From positions 1 to 42,169 of IMG/VR virus record IMGVR_UViG_2541047917_000006: a stretch of 42,169 nucleotides of DNA; one strand, written 5' to 3'. Positions 8,792-17,902 of the stretch are shown here, piece after piece. Positions within the stretch are counted from its first letter, which is position 1. Each line of letters opens with the position of its first letter. The stretch is from a virus. Its lineage: Duplodnaviria > Heunggongvirae > Uroviricota > Caudoviricetes. Both the position numbers and the translations under genes were made by a program. Under the pieces are notes generated by a model, which saw only the letters and a program-made list of their open reading frames with translations, did no database searches and was not told the origin of the DNA.

Positions 8792-9093
8792 TAAGCACCG
8801 TACGGTAGTTTACTGTACAATTTTATTTTTTGGACTGCATGTATTTTGTTTCCTAATGGGTTTGAATCTTTGTAATAAATACTTCTATTTTTTCGAACGA
8901 CTTCTTCTTTCTTCTTGCAGCAAAGGCTTCCTAGCGATGCTGCTTTGTCTGCTCTGACGCAACCAGAGAGCTTTAGCGCAATTTTTCGCGCCAGTGCTTC
9001 ATTACTGCGTCGCTCGGCAATAAGTTCTGCTCTGCGAGCTTTGTAGCGGCTTTTTGCCGTACCTTTGGATTCTTTCCAGACAGTGGTTACCAT
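8788..9093 (-). CDS. N: Antiterminator N, phage 21 type
   Basis: Start reassigned to MVTTVWKESKGTAKSRYKARRAELIAERRSNEALARKIALKLSG after AGGAGA; arginine-rich N-terminus matches phage 21 N as I recall it. Confidence 0.85.
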   Translation of the reverse strand: MVTTVWKESKGTAKSRYKARRAELIAERRSNEALARKIALKLSGCVRADKAASLGSLCCKKKEEVVRKNRSIYYKDSNPLGNKIHAVQKIKLYSKLPYGAY

Positions 9094-9203
9094 GATGGTC
9101 TCCTTTAAGTGGCTTTGGCGCATGACGCGTCGAGGTGCTTATCTTCTCGATCGCTGTCTTGCAGCTGCAATTCGCGCCATCCCCAAAACCACTCAAGTTC
9201 TGG

Positions 9204-9243
9204 TCTCAACGGTTAGGTTGAGAGTCCGTCGATGTTAAAGAGC
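9204..9243 (-). promoter_or_regulatory. nutL (boxA plus boxB)
   Basis: Minus-strand boxA GCTCTTTAA and boxB hairpin TCTCAAC-CTAACC-GTTGAGA between pL and N; approximate coordinates. Confidence 0.6.
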
Positions 9244-9284
9244 CTGCCAATCTGTTCCGTTTGGCTTCCAGCGTCCTGCTGATG

Positions 9285-9320
9285 GCTTAAATTTAAGACT
9301 TCTTAATTTATTGGTCAAGT
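9285..9320 (-). promoter_or_regulatory. oL operators and pL promoter region
   Basis: P22-type operator half-sites (ATTTAAGA...TCTTAAAT) and a minus-strand TTGACC -35 element; approximate. Confidence 0.5.
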
Positions 9321-9388
9321 GCATTTTTGAAGAAAACTTAATTTTATGGGCGTGAATTTAGTTTGTCTTTGATTTTTAACGGGAAATA

Positions 9389-9408
9389 AAAAAGGGGCGA
9401 AAGCCCCT
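9389..9408 (-). terminator. Terminator after c2
   Basis: GGGGC-GAAA-GCCCC hairpin with flanking A/T runs immediately after the c2 stop. Confidence 0.6.
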
Positions 9409-10058
9409 TAAGGAAGGTTTGCTAGCTTGGCATCAACGACAACGCCAATGATTTTACAGTTCCCATTGATTTCAATCATTGGGTATTGTGGATTGAGTGG
9501 TTTCAGGAATTTTCTACCGGCATCAATAACTAACTTTTTGAATGTCGCCTCGTTTTCTCCTTCAAGTTTGGCGACTACCAACTTTCCATTACGTGGTTCG
9601 ACTTCTGGGTCGACGAGAATAATCATCCCCTCAGGAATACTCAGTCCTGCCGGGGCAGTCATTGAATCGCCTTTAACGTCGAGCCAAAAAGAGTCTTCAG
9701 AACAATCTACCGTTGTGTCGTACCAGTTATCTATTGCACGCCTATGATATGGCTCTACAGCTTCCATCCAACATCCTGCGCTTACCCAACTAATTAGAGG
9801 ATACGAACCTCTTGGATCATGCCTGCTGTGATAGGCAATGTTTGAAAGACTATCCTCTCCTTTCAACAGGTAATCAGGGGAGCACTGCAAAGCCTTGGCT
9901 AAGGCCAATAGGTTTTCGCCATTGGGCTCAGTTTCAGATCGCTCCCATTGGGAAATAGCAACATTAGACACGCCAACCATCTTGCCAAGGGCAGCCTGCC
10001 TAATCTTGAGTTCTTTTCTGCGAGCGCGAATACGCTCACCCATCAGTTGTGTATTCAT
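9408..10058 (-). CDS. c2: Prophage repressor C2 (CI-type, LexA-like S24 autopeptidase)
   Basis: 216-aa ORF MNTQLMGERIRARRKELKIRQAALGKMVGVSNVAISQWERSETEPNGENLLALAKALQ...; matches P22 C2 as I recall it. Confidence 0.95.
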   Translation of the reverse strand: MNTQLMGERIRARRKELKIRQAALGKMVGVSNVAISQWERSETEPNGENLLALAKALQCSPDYLLKGEDSLSNIAYHSRHDPRGSYPLISWVSAGCWMEAVEPYHRRAIDNWYDTTVDCSEDSFWLDVKGDSMTAPAGLSIPEGMIILVDPEVEPRNGKLVVAKLEGENEATFKKLVIDAGRKFLKPLNPQYPMIEINGNCKIIGVVVDAKLANLP

Positions 10059-10138
10059 AGTTAAGACATCTTAAATAAACTTGACTTAAGATTCCTTTGG
10101 TGGATAATTTAAGTGTTCTTTAATTTCGGAGCGAGTCT
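10059..10138. promoter_or_regulatory. oR operators with divergent pRM and pR
   Basis: P22-type 18-bp operator repeats (ATTTAAGTGTTCTTTAAT and related), TTGACT -35 and GATAAT -10 upstream of cro. Confidence 0.7.
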
Positions 10139-10324
10139 ATGTACAAAAAAGATGTTATTGACCACTTCGGAACCCAGCGTGCTGTTGCTAAAGCACTAGG
10201 CATTAGCGATGCAGCAGTCTCTCAGTGGAAAGAAGTTATCCCAGAGAAAGACGCCTATCGATTGGAAATCGTTACAGCTGGCGCCCTGAAGTATCAAGAA
10301 AGTGCTTACCGCCAAGCGGCATAA
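10139..10324 (+). CDS. cro: Cro repressor
   Basis: 61-aa ORF MYKKDVIDHFGTQRAVAKALGISDAAVSQWKEVIPEKDAYRLEIVTAG; matches P22 Cro as I recall it. Confidence 0.95.
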   Translation: MYKKDVIDHFGTQRAVAKALGISDAAVSQWKEVIPEKDAYRLEIVTAGALKYQESAYRQAA

Positions 10325-10331
10325 GCAAATT

Positions 10332-10371
10332 GCTCTTTAACAGTTCTGGCCTTTCACCTCTAACCGGGTGA
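10332..10371 (+). promoter_or_regulatory. nutR (boxA plus boxB)
   Basis: boxA GCTCTTTAA followed by boxB hairpin TCACC-TCTAACCG-GGTGA, the phage-21-type boxB as I recall it. Confidence 0.65.
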
Positions 10372-10439
10372 GCAAACATCAGCGGCAAATCCATTGGGTG
10401 TGCCGCTATAACTCAATATCAATATAGGAAAATTAACAA

Positions 10440-10736
10440 ATGGCACAAGCAAGCTACAGCAAGCCAACACAGCGAGAAATTGATCGCGCTGAAACTGATT
10501 TACTCATCAACCTGTCAACGCTTACCCAGCGCGGTCTGGCAAAGATGATTGGCTGTCATGAATCGAAGATAAGCAGAACGGACTGGAGATTTATTGCTTC
10601 GGTCTTGTGTGCTTTCGGAATGGCATCAGACATCAGTCCGATTAGCAGGGCTTTTAAGTATGCGCTTGATGAAATCACAAAGAAAAAATCCCCGGCCGCC
10701 ACCGAGGATTTTAAGCAAATTGATATGCAATTCTGA
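10440..10736 (+). CDS. cII: CII-type transcriptional activator
   Basis: 98-aa ORF; C-terminus [19 protein letters not shown] parallels lambda CII (TNKKRPAATERSEQIQMEF); HTH region present. Confidence 0.85.
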   Translation: MAQASYSKPTQREIDRAETDLLINLSTLTQRGLAKMIGCHESKISRTDWRFIASVLCAFGMASDISPISRAFKYALDEITKKKSPAATEDFKQIDMQF

Positions 10737-10768
10737 GGGAATTACTGGATCAATCCACAGGAGTAATT

Positions 10769-10915
10769 ATGACAAAACAACTCAGTCCTTACCAGGACAA
10801 AATTCACAAACACATACTACGTGATCGCTTCCTGTCCAGCTTCAAGCAGCCTGGTCGATTCCGGGCTGAGTTGGAAAAAGTGAAGCTGATGCAGAAGGAG
10901 AAAGGTCATGAGTAA
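10769..10915 (+). CDS. Candidate 48-aa small protein between cII and O
   Basis: ATG after AGGAG; below the ORF-track cutoff; overlaps the O start by 8 nt. Confidence 0.3.
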   Translation: MTKQLSPYQDKIHKHILRDRFLSSFKQPGRFRAELEKVKLMQKEKGHE

Positions 10916-11807
10916 CATATCTAATCTAGCCGAAGCCAGAGAGGCCAGAAGGCTACAACAACCGCATCAAAGCAGCGGTAAGGGGTATGCCTTGCTGCAC
11001 CGTAAAATTATGGATGTGCCGTTTTACAAGGATGCAGAAGCAGCGCATCTGTGGGTTCACTTAATCCTCAAAGCAAAGCATACGCCTGAGTATGTAATGA
11101 CTGACGCAGGAGAAATTCTGGTAGGCAGAGGGAAGCTACTTGGCGGTAGAAACTCTCTGGCGTTTGAAACAGGACTCAAACCAGATCGCGTTCAGTACCT
11201 GCTTAGAAAGTTCAAAAAACTCGGCATGATTGACTGGGTTTCACACGGTAAATTCTCAGTTTTCTCGGTAGAGAAATATGACGATTATCAGTCAAATTTT
11301 GTACCAGCAGATTACCAGCAAATTACCACCTCAAAGCCAGCAATACCAATGCCTGTAAGCAATGCTGTACCAGCAGATTACCAGCAAATTACCACAGATA
11401 AAGAATATAATAATATTATCTCTAATACTGACGTATTAGAGAGTGCCACAGCAGACAAAAAGTCTGACAAGAAAAAACCTTCCGTCAGCTGTCAGGATGT
11501 TGTCGATGCTTACCACGAAATCCTTCCCGAAGCTCCAAGAATCCGCGCACTGAATGACAAGCGTAAAAACCAGATCCGAACGTTCTGGCGCAAAGCCGGA
11601 GTGATAACCCGCCAGCTTGACGGGCATGGGTTCACGATGCAGGACTGGAGAAATTATTTGAGCTACGTTGGCGAAAATTGCCGATGGATGTTCGAAGAGC
11701 GCCCAAACCATCAACGCGGAACCGTCTGGCACAAAAAGGGATTTGATTTCCTGCTTAACGATAATACCTACCTGAAAGTTCGTGAGGGTGAACACGATGA
11801 CCGATAA
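10908..11807 (+). CDS. Replication initiator, O-like (P22 gene 18 type)
   Basis: 299-aa ORF in the O position with an internal iteron-like duplication encoding [10 protein letters not shown] twice. Confidence 0.8.
   Translation: MSNISNLAEAREARRLQQPHQSSGKGYALLHRKIMDVPFYKDAEAAHLWVHLILKAKHTPEYVMTDAGEILVGRGKLLGGRNSLAFETGLKPDRVQYLLRKFKKLGMIDWVSHGKFSVFSVEKYDDYQSNFVPADYQQITTSKPAIPMPVSNAVPADYQQITTDKEYNNIISNTDVLESATADKKSDKKKPSVSCQDVVDAYHEILPEAPRIRALNDKRKNQIRTFWRKAGVITRQLDGHGFTMQDWRNYLSYVGENCRWMFEERPNHQRGTVWHKKGFDFLLNDNTYLKVREGEHDDR
11301..11395 (+). repeat. Iteron-like direct repeats (candidate ori) inside the O-like gene
   Basis: 29-bp sequence gtaccagcagattaccagcaaattaccac occurs twice about 66 bp apart, with internal ATTACCA sub-repeats. 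Confidence 0.6.
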
Positions 11808-13233
11808 TTTTTATGCGCCGCCCCATAGCATCGAGGCAGAGCAGGCGGTGATTGGTGGATTGCTTCTGGATGATGACAGCAGTGAGCGCGTCCAGAAAGT
11901 TCTGGCGATGCTGAAGCCTGACTCATTTTACAGCCGGCCACACAAAATCCTTTTCGAAGAAATAACCAGAATGCACCGGGAGCAAAAGCCAGTAGATGGC
12001 CTGACGCTTTTCGATGAACTGGAGCGTAAATCGTTAACGGCGTCTGTTGGCGGTTTTGCTTATATCGCTGAGATCGCAAAGAACACGCCAAGCGCAGCAA
12101 ACATCGTTGCCTATGCAATGCAGGTTCGTGAAACCGCAATGGAACGCTACGCCATCAACCGCATGACTGAAGCGACGGAATTGCTCTATTCCCGCAACGG
12201 AATGACTGCAACGCAGAAGTACGAAGCTATTCAGGCGATTTTCACGCAACTGACAGACCATGCAAAAACCGGATCGCGTCGCGGCCTTCGCTCATTTGGT
12301 GAGGTCATGGAAGACTGGGTTAGCGACCTTGAGAAGCGATTTGACCCGTCAGGCGAACAACGAGGAATGAGCACAGGGATCCCATCGCTGGACAGGATGC
12401 TGTCACCGAAAGGTCTGGTGAAAGGCTCTCTGTTTGTCATTGGCGCTCGCCCTAAGATGGGGAAAACGACGCTATACAGCCAGATGGCAATCAACTGCGC
12501 AGTGCATGAGAAAAAGCCCGCTCTGATGTTCAGCCTTGAAATGCCCGGTGACCAGATACTGGAAAAACTGGTAGGGCAGAAGTCTGGTGTTAACCCGAAT
12601 ATTTTTTACCTTCCGGCGACAAATGACGCTGATGACGGCTATCAGGGTGATTACGATGGTGACTTCAACAGGGCGATCGAAACAGCCAATCGCTTGAGTG
12701 AAATCGACATGCTTTACATCGACGACACGCCGGGATTATCTCTGGCTCAAATCGTCAGCGAAAGCCGTCGAATCAAGCGAGAAAAAGGATATGTTGGCAT
12801 GATTCTGGTCGATTACCTGACACTAATGACCGCTGAGAAGGCCGATCGCAACGACCTTGCTTACGGCATGATCACCAAAGGACTGAAGAACCTTGCCAAA
12901 GAGCTTGATTGCGTTGTTGTGCTTCTGACACAGCTTAACCGCGCACTGGAAAGCCGAACCAATAAACGCCCATTACCAAGTGACTCACGAGATACAGGGC
13001 AGATTGAACAGGATTGCGATTATTGGGTCGGGATCCATCGTGAAGGCGCTTTTGATGACAGTGTTCCACCTGGTGAAACTGAACTAATCCTTCGTCTCAA
13101 TCGTCATGGCAATACCGGCACGGTGTATTGCATTCAGGCAAATGGCGCTATTTATGACACAGACCAACAGTCCGCTGAAATGCGCCGCCGTGAACGCGAG
13201 GAACCGCAATCCAAGAAGAAAGGAGGATTCTGA
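11797..13233 (+). CDS. Replicative DNA helicase, DnaB family (P22 gene 12 type)
   Basis: Start reassigned to [25 protein letters not shown] (DnaB N-terminal signature); Walker A GARPKMGKT; start overlaps the O stop. Confidence 0.9.
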   Translation: MTDNFYAPPHSIEAEQAVIGGLLLDDDSSERVQKVLAMLKPDSFYSRPHKILFEEITRMHREQKPVDGLTLFDELERKSLTASVGGFAYIAEIAKNTPSAANIVAYAMQVRETAMERYAINRMTEATELLYSRNGMTATQKYEAIQAIFTQLTDHAKTGSRRGLRSFGEVMEDWVSDLEKRFDPSGEQRGMSTGIPSLDRMLSPKGLVKGSLFVIGARPKMGKTTLYSQMAINCAVHEKKPALMFSLEMPGDQILEKLVGQKSGVNPNIFYLPATNDADDGYQGDYDGDFNRAIETANRLSEIDMLYIDDTPGLSLAQIVSESRRIKREKGYVGMILVDYLTLMTAEKADRNDLAYGMITKGLKNLAKELDCVVVLLTQLNRALESRTNKRPLPSDSRDTGQIEQDCDYWVGIHREGAFDDSVPPGETELILRLNRHGNTGTVYCIQANGAIYDTDQQSAEMRRREREEPQSKKKGGF

Positions 13234-13260
13234 TGACCATCTACATCACCGAGCTAATAA

Positions 13261-13292
13261 CAGGCCTGCTGGTAATCGCAGGCCTTTTTATT
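13261..13292 (+). terminator. Rho-independent terminator (tR2-like) after the helicase
   Basis: AGGCCTGC...GCAGGCCT hairpin followed by TTTTATTT. Confidence 0.6.
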
Positions 13293-13308
13293 TGGGGGAG
13301 AGTAAATC

Positions 13309-13515
13309 GTGGTTGAGTTAATTTTCTCTGCATTGAGGATTCTCGGTGCTATGTGGATGGTGGCGACGTTCATTGTTGTTGCCAGCAGTTTTGTCCGGTT
13401 GGTAGGCGAAGGTAAAGACCTGGTGGGTGTGCTTTTCGGTAGCATTTTCCTGTGGGTGATTATCGGTGTTGCGCCTGTCGCTGTAGCAAAAATGGCGTGG
13501 CGTTTTGTGAGTTGA
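13309..13515 (+). CDS. Small membrane protein, 68 aa
   Basis: GTG start after GGGGGAGAG; two predicted hydrophobic helices. Confidence 0.5.
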   Translation: MVELIFSALRILGAMWMVATFIVVASSFVRLVGEGKDLVGVLFGSIFLWVIIGVAPVAVAKMAWRFVS

Positions 13516-13532
13516 ACTGAGGGTAAGTATCG

Positions 13533-13796
13533 ATGGACGAATCAAGAAAGCAGTTTGAAGAATGGTTTGAAAATTACACCGGATGTGATCCTAAAAATAA
13601 AATATACGCCAATATGGTTGAGATGTATTGGCAAGCGTGGCAGGCATCGCGAGCAGCTATCGAGATTGAGCTGCAAAAGCCAAAGAAAGGCCCACTTCCC
13701 GGTGATTATCACATTGGCTATGACTCAGGTGCAGAATCGCAATACGAAAGCGATGTAGAGGCTATCCGCGCCGCTGGAATCAAAGTGAAGGAGTGA
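13533..13796 (+). CDS. Hypothetical nin-region protein, 87 aa
   Basis: Intact ORF; no family recognised. Confidence 0.55.
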   Translation: MDESRKQFEEWFENYTGCDPKNKIYANMVEMYWQAWQASRAAIEIELQKPKKGPLPGDYHIGYDSGAESQYESDVEAIRAAGIKVKE

Positions 13797-13798
13797 GC

Positions 13799-13984
13799 AT
13801 GAGTCGACGAAGTAGCTTTTTGGGGTTTGTAATATTCCTGTTCTGCACTGGTTACATCGTAATCTGGTCAATTTCGAACATTGACCGTGGCGGGGAATAT
13901 CTCATTGTAATGTTCTTTCCTTTGTTTCTTGGGTGGTACGCCGCAAGGTTGCTGGAAGAATGGGGTTACAGGCATAAAAAATAA
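13799..13984 (+). CDS. Small membrane protein, 61 aa
   Basis: ATG six nt after AAGGAG; hydrophobic. Confidence 0.5.
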   Translation: MSRRSSFLGFVIFLFCTGYIVIWSISNIDRGGEYLIVMFFPLFLGWYAARLLEEWGYRHKK

Positions 13985-13995
13985 AGGAGTGTTCA

Positions 13996-14406
13996 GTGAA
14001 GCAAACAATATTCCTCCGAACTAAGCAACAACAGCAAGCCGCAATCAACGCCATCCTCGCAACTCCTCTCGATAAAGACAAGCCAGTCACCATCCGCATT
14101 ACTGACTACAAGCGAAATCTTGACCAGAACGCAAAATTTCACGCGATGGTCGCAGATATCGCCAGGCAAGTTCAGTGGCGCGATAAATGGTTAAAACCAG
14201 AACAATGGAAGGTTTTGTTGATCAGCGGTCATGCAGTGGCAACAAAGCAGGAAGCTGATGTTTTGCCCGGGCTTGAAGGCGAATACGTCAACATTCGCGA
14301 AAGCAGCGCGCAGATGAGTGTGAAGCGTATGGCAAGTCTGATTGAGTACACGACAGCATGGGCTATTGGTCAGGGTGTCAGATTTACCGACAGGAGGTAC
14401 GAATGA
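13996..14406 (+). CDS. ninB: NinB (Orf-family recombination mediator)
   Basis: 136-aa ORF; motifs [27 protein letters not shown] parallel lambda NinB (RSLDQNRKLWACLGDVSRQVEWHGRWL). Confidence 0.85.
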   Translation: MKQTIFLRTKQQQQAAINAILATPLDKDKPVTIRITDYKRNLDQNAKFHAMVADIARQVQWRDKWLKPEQWKVLLISGHAVATKQEADVLPGLEGEYVNIRESSAQMSVKRMASLIEYTTAWAIGQGVRFTDRRYE

Positions 14407-14579
14407 GACGACAGCGACGAAGTATCACCGACATCATCTGCGAAAACTGCAAATACCTTCCAACGAAACGCTCCAGAAATAAACGCAAGCCAATCCCAAA
14501 AGAATCTGACGTAAAAACCTTCAACTACACGGCTCACCTGTGGGATATCCGGTGGCTAAGACATCGTGCGAGGAAATGA
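14403..14579 (+). CDS. ninE: NinE
   Basis: Internal start [51 protein letters not shown], matches lambda NinE as I recall it; ATGA overlap with ninB. Confidence 0.8.
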   Translation: MRRQRRSITDIICENCKYLPTKRSRNKRKPIPKESDVKTFNYTAHLWDIRWLRHRARK

Positions 14580-14983
14580 CAATGCTTTTAATTCAACCTG
14601 GATTTGGACTTAGCATCAAAAAAGGCCACATGTTTGGCGAGAAAGAGTCACAACGAAAAATGGTGTCTATCCGGTTGCCATTTATCAGTATTTATTGGCT
14701 AAACAGGGAGGCAACAAATTATTGGTATACATGCGCCAGAGCAGCATTTAACGACCCTGACTGGTTTGTGAAAAACCACCACGCAGTTCGTCAGGCAAAG
14801 AGAAAGGCCAACCTGACATACATGAAGGCGTATCAAAAAGCATGGAAAGAACACCGCGATCGATACCAACAAGACATGGAAAAGCTTGAATCAGAAAACA
14901 TGGAATTAAGACGAAAGCTCGGTGAAGCAAAACGAGACATTGATGCTTACAAGCGACTTTTTAATGGTGAAAGCCATGCTTAG
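14576..14983 (+). CDS. Hypothetical nin-region protein, 135 aa
   Basis: Start MTMLLIQPG after GAGGAA, ATGA-coupled to ninE; C-terminal coiled coil; not recognised as a lambda nin protein. Confidence 0.55.
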   Translation: MTMLLIQPGFGLSIKKGHMFGEKESQRKMVSIRLPFISIYWLNREATNYWYTCARAAFNDPDWFVKNHHAVRQAKRKANLTYMKAYQKAWKEHRDRYQQDMEKLESENMELRRKLGEAKRDIDAYKRLFNGESHA

Positions 14984-15152
14984 CCCATCCCAATCCATTC
15001 AATACCAGAAAGAAAGCGTCGAGCGGGCTTTAACGTGCGCTAACTGCGGTCAGAAGCTGCATGTGCTGGAAGTTCACGTGTGTGAGCACTGCTGTACAGA
15101 ACTGATGAGCGATCCGAATAGCTCAATGTACGAGGAAGAAGACGATGGCTAA
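14976..15152 (+). CDS. ninF: NinF
   Basis: Internal start [40 protein letters not shown], matches lambda NinF from memory. Confidence 0.8.
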   Translation: MLSPSQSIQYQKESVERALTCANCGQKLHVLEVHVCEHCCTELMSDPNSSMYEEEDDG

Positions 15153-15756
15153 ACCAGCGCGAAGACGATGTAAAAACGATGAATGTCGGGAATGGTTTCA
15201 CCCTGCATTCGCTAATCAGTGGTGGTGCTCTCCAGAGGGTGGAACCAAGATAGCACTCGAACGACGAAGTAAAGAACGCGAAAAAGCGGAAAAAGCAGCA
15301 GAGAAGAAACGACGACGAGAGGAGCAGAAACAGAAAGATAAACTTAAGATTCGAAAACTCGCCTTAAAACCCCGCAGTTACTGGATTAAACAAGCCCAAC
15401 AAGCCGTAAACGCCTTCATCAGAGAAAGAGACCGCGACTTACCATGTATCTCGTGCGGAACGCTCACGTCTGCTCAGTGGGATGCCGGACATTACCGGAC
15501 AACTGCTGCGGCACCTCAACTCCGATTTGATGAACGCAATATTCACAAGCAATGCGTGGTGTGCAACCAGCACAAAAGCGGAAATCTCGTTCCGTATCGC
15601 GTCGAACTGATTAACCGCATCGGGCAGGAAGCAGTAGACGAAATCGAATCAAACCATAGCCGCCATCGCTGGACTATCGAAGAGTGCAAGGCGATCAAGG
15701 CAGAGTACCAACAGAAACTCAAAGACCTGCGAAATAGCAGAAGTGAGGCCGCATGA
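15145..15756 (+). CDS. ninG: NinG (Rap recombination-promoting nuclease)
   Basis: 203-aa ORF with Cys-rich [20 protein letters not shown]... and CISCGT...CVVCNQHK, matching lambda NinG size and motifs. Confidence 0.85.
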   Translation: MAKPARRRCKNDECREWFHPAFANQWWCSPEGGTKIALERRSKEREKAEKAAEKKRRREEQKQKDKLKIRKLALKPRSYWIKQAQQAVNAFIRERDRDLPCISCGTLTSAQWDAGHYRTTAAAPQLRFDERNIHKQCVVCNQHKSGNLVPYRVELINRIGQEAVDEIESNHSRHRWTIEECKAIKAEYQQKLKDLRNSRSEAA

Positions 15757-15959
15757 CGTTCTCAGTAAAAACCATTCCAGACATGCTCGTTGAAGCATAC
15801 GGAAACCAGACAGAAGTAGCACGCAGACTGAAATGTAGTCGTGGCACGGTAAGAAAATACGTTGATGATAAAGACGGGAAAATGCACGCCATCGTCAACG
15901 ACGTTCTCATGGTTCATCGCGGATGGAGTGAAAGAGATGCGCTATTACGAAAGAATTGA
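15753..15959 (+). CDS. ninH: NinH
   Basis: 68-aa [40 protein letters not shown] (HTH); lambda NinH-like. Confidence 0.8.
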   Translation: MTFSVKTIPDMLVEAYGNQTEVARRLKCSRGTVRKYVDDKDGKMHAIVNDVLMVHRGWSERDALLRKN

Positions 15960-16608
15960 TGGCAGCAAATACCGAAATGTTTGGGTAGTTGGCGATCTGC
16001 ACGGATGCTACACGAACCTGATGAAAAAACTGGAGACGATAGGATTCGACACCAAAAAAGACCTGCTTATCTCGGTGGGCGATTTGGTTGATCGCGGTAC
16101 AGAGAACGTCGAATGTCTGGAATTAATCACATTCCCCTGGTTCCGAGCTGTACGTGGAAACCATGAGCAAATGATGATTGATGGCTTATCAGAGCGTGGA
16201 AACGTCAATCACTGGCTGTTTAATGGCGGTGGCTGGTTCTTTAATCTCGATTACGACAAAGAAATTCTGGCTAAAGCTCTTGCCCATAAAGCAGATGAAC
16301 TTCCGTTAATCATCGAACTGGTGAGCGAAGGTAAAAAATATGTCATCTGCCACGCCGATTATCCCTGTGACGAATACGAGTTTGGAAAGCCAGTTGATCA
16401 TCAGCAGGTAATCTGGAACCGCGAACGAATCAGCAACTCACAAGACGGGATCGTGAAAGAAATCAAAGGCGCGGACACGCTCATCTTTGGTCATACGCCA
16501 GCAGTGAAACCACTCAAATTTGCCAACCAGATGTATATCGATACCGGCGCAGTGTTCTGCGGAAACCTCACATTGATTCAGGTACAGGGAGAAGGCGCAT
16601 GGGCATAA
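15937..16608 (+). CDS. ninI: Ser/Thr protein phosphatase (lambda PPase, NinI-like)
   Basis: Start reassigned to [28 protein letters not shown]; metallophosphatase motifs GDLHG, GDLVDRG, GNHE. Confidence 0.9.
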   Translation: MRYYERIDGSKYRNVWVVGDLHGCYTNLMKKLETIGFDTKKDLLISVGDLVDRGTENVECLELITFPWFRAVRGNHEQMMIDGLSERGNVNHWLFNGGGWFFNLDYDKEILAKALAHKADELPLIIELVSEGKKYVICHADYPCDEYEFGKPVDHQQVIWNRERISNSQDGIVKEIKGADTLIFGHTPAVKPLKFANQMYIDTGAVFCGNLTLIQVQGEGAWA

Positions 16609-17117
16609 GAGAACTAAACCTCACCAAAGAGCAGCACGAGTGGCTGAATGGCTGGCTTGAACTGTGGGGAGCATGGGTTTATTCAGGTCGTCTGGAAAAG
16701 CGCATGAGCAGCGTAATAGCTAAGTTCATGGAGAGCGTAGAGCCGGGAAGAGTTATGACAAGGCCAATGTGTAATGATGATGATGGAATGTTGATTTCTC
16801 AGGTCGTCGATTCCGTCATGTACATTGACAAGAAAGCCTTTGGCATCCTCCTCAGCTACTACGCTCATGGTTCATCTAAGCGAGCAATTGCATCCTACTA
16901 TCACGCGACTGCAAAGCCACGCAAGATGTGTGGGCGTGGTGGCGAGGGATGGAGAAAACCTTCACTGGCAACCTGTAGAAACGAAATTGACGATATCCTG
17001 AAAGCGTCATTATTTGTTTTGTACCAACCAATGCAAAATGCTTTCAAAATACGTAAACGTGTTGAGAAAGTTAAGCATATTGCTGTTAAAAGCCTTGACA
17101 TGCAATTAGCCATTTAG
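16599..17117 (+). CDS. Q: Late antiterminator Q (phage 21/82/933W type)
   Basis: 172-aa [41 protein letters not shown] in the Q position; matches that Q family as I recall it. Confidence 0.8.
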   Translation: MGIRELNLTKEQHEWLNGWLELWGAWVYSGRLEKRMSSVIAKFMESVEPGRVMTRPMCNDDDGMLISQVVDSVMYIDKKAFGILLSYYAHGSSKRAIASYYHATAKPRKMCGRGGEGWRKPSLATCRNEIDDILKASLFVLYQPMQNAFKIRKRVEKVKHIAVKSLDMQLAI

Positions 17118-17125
17118 CCATAATT
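17096..17125 (+). promoter_or_regulatory. Candidate late promoter pR-prime
   Basis: TTGACA, 18-nt spacer, CATAAT, overlapping the end of Q; approximate. Confidence 0.4.
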
Positions 17126-17134
17126 AGAGGGTAA

Positions 17135-17180
17135 GCTGCCGTTAGTGACTCTTAAGTTGCAACGGTGGCTTTTTTTATTT
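17135..17180 (+). terminator. Candidate tR-prime (hairpin plus T7 run)
   Basis: ccgtt...aacgg stem enclosing a GTTGCAAC palindrome, followed by ttttttt; weak stem. Confidence 0.35.
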
Positions 17181-17255
17181 GGGTCAGTCGTATAAAGGTC
17201 ATTACGGAAGGCTGTTAACCTTCTTATCGTGGTTCGAGTCCACGCTGTCCCGCCA
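17181..17255 (+). tRNA. tRNA-Asn-like, predicted anticodon GUU
   Basis: Manual fold: acceptor GGGTCAG/CTGTCCC (one mismatch), anticodon arm GAAGG-CTGTTAA-CCTTC, T-arm CGTGG-TTCGAGT-CCACG, discriminator G plus CCA; D-stem is imperfect. Confidence 0.5.
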
Positions 17256-17260
17256 AACAT

Positions 17261-17336
17261 GCTGGTTTAGCTCCAATGGTAGAGCAGTCGCCTTGTAAGC
17301 GAATGGGTAGCGGTTCAAGTCCGTTAACCAGCACCA
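17261..17336 (+). tRNA. tRNA-Thr, predicted anticodon UGU
   Basis: Manual fold: acceptor GCTGGTT/AACCAGC, D-arm GCTC-CAATGGTA-GAGC, anticodon loop CTTGTAA, T-loop TTCAAGT, 3-prime ACCA; resembles E. coli tRNA-Thr ends. Confidence 0.6.
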
Positions 17337-17423
17337 TAACTGAGCCGTAGCCACTGGCTATCCTGAATTCATCAGTGATAGTTACGCTGCGGCCTTCTAC
17401 ACATGATCTTCGTGAAAGCGGGT

Positions 17424-17458
17424 GGCATGAGGTTGCGCTAACAACCTCATGCCGTTTT
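17424..17458 (+). terminator. Strong rho-independent terminator downstream of the tRNAs
   Basis: Perfect 12-bp stem GGCATGAGGTTG / CAACCTCATGCC, loop CGCTAA, then GTTTT. Confidence 0.7.
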
Positions 17459-17578
17459 GCCCGTGCATATCGGTCACGAACAAATCTGATTACTAAACAC
17501 AGTAGCCTGGATTTGTTCTATCAGTAACCGACCTTATTCCTAATTAAATAGAGCAAATCCCCTTATTGGGGGTAAGAC

Positions 17579-17902
17579 ATGAAGATGCCAGAAAAAAATG
17601 ACCTGTTAGCCGCCATTCTCGCGGCAAAGGAACAAGGCATCGGGGCAATCCTTGCGTTTGCAATGGCGTACCTTCGCGGCAGATATAATGGCGGTGCGTT
17701 TACAAAAACAGTAATCGACGCAACGATGTGCGCCATTATCGCCTGGTTCATTCGTGACCTTCTCGACTTCGCCGGACTAAGTAGCAATCTCGCTTATATA
17801 ACGAGCGTGTTTATCGGCTACATCGGTACTGACTCGATTGGTTCGCTTATCAAACGCTTCGCTGCTAAAAAAGCCGGAGTAGAAGATGGTGGAAATCAAT
17901 AA
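17579..17902 (+). CDS. S: Holin, class I (lambda S type)
   Basis: 107-aa [53 protein letters not shown], matches lambda S from memory, including the MKM dual-start motif. Confidence 0.95.
   Translation: MKMPEKNDLLAAILAAKEQGIGAILAFAMAYLRGRYNGGAFTKTVIDATMCAIIAWFIRDLLDFAGLSSNLAYITSVFIGYIGTDSIGSLIKRFAAKKAGVEDGGNQ

Noticed and set aside
9002-9196. 64-aa minus-strand ORF overlapping the N start and nutL
   Set aside because: It overlaps a well-supported gene and regulatory site in another frame and has no ribosome-binding site.
10372-10439. Hairpin AGCGGCA...TGCCGCT downstream of nutR as a tR1 terminator
   Set aside because: The stem is present but there is no downstream T-run; tR1 in lambda is rho-dependent, so a call from sequence alone is unsupported.
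10594-10824. 76-aa ORF overlapping cII in another frame
   Set aside because: Alternative frame of a confidently assigned gene; Pro/Arg-rich composition typical of an out-of-frame artefact.
11436-12494. Several minus-strand ORFs antisense to the O-like and helicase genes
   Set aside because: They are antisense to strongly supported genes, with no start signals.
17337-17578. Possible Shiga-toxin or other cargo between the tRNAs and the holin gene
   Set aside because: The interval is only about 240 bp and non-coding apart from a strong terminator; no stx-like ORF is present.
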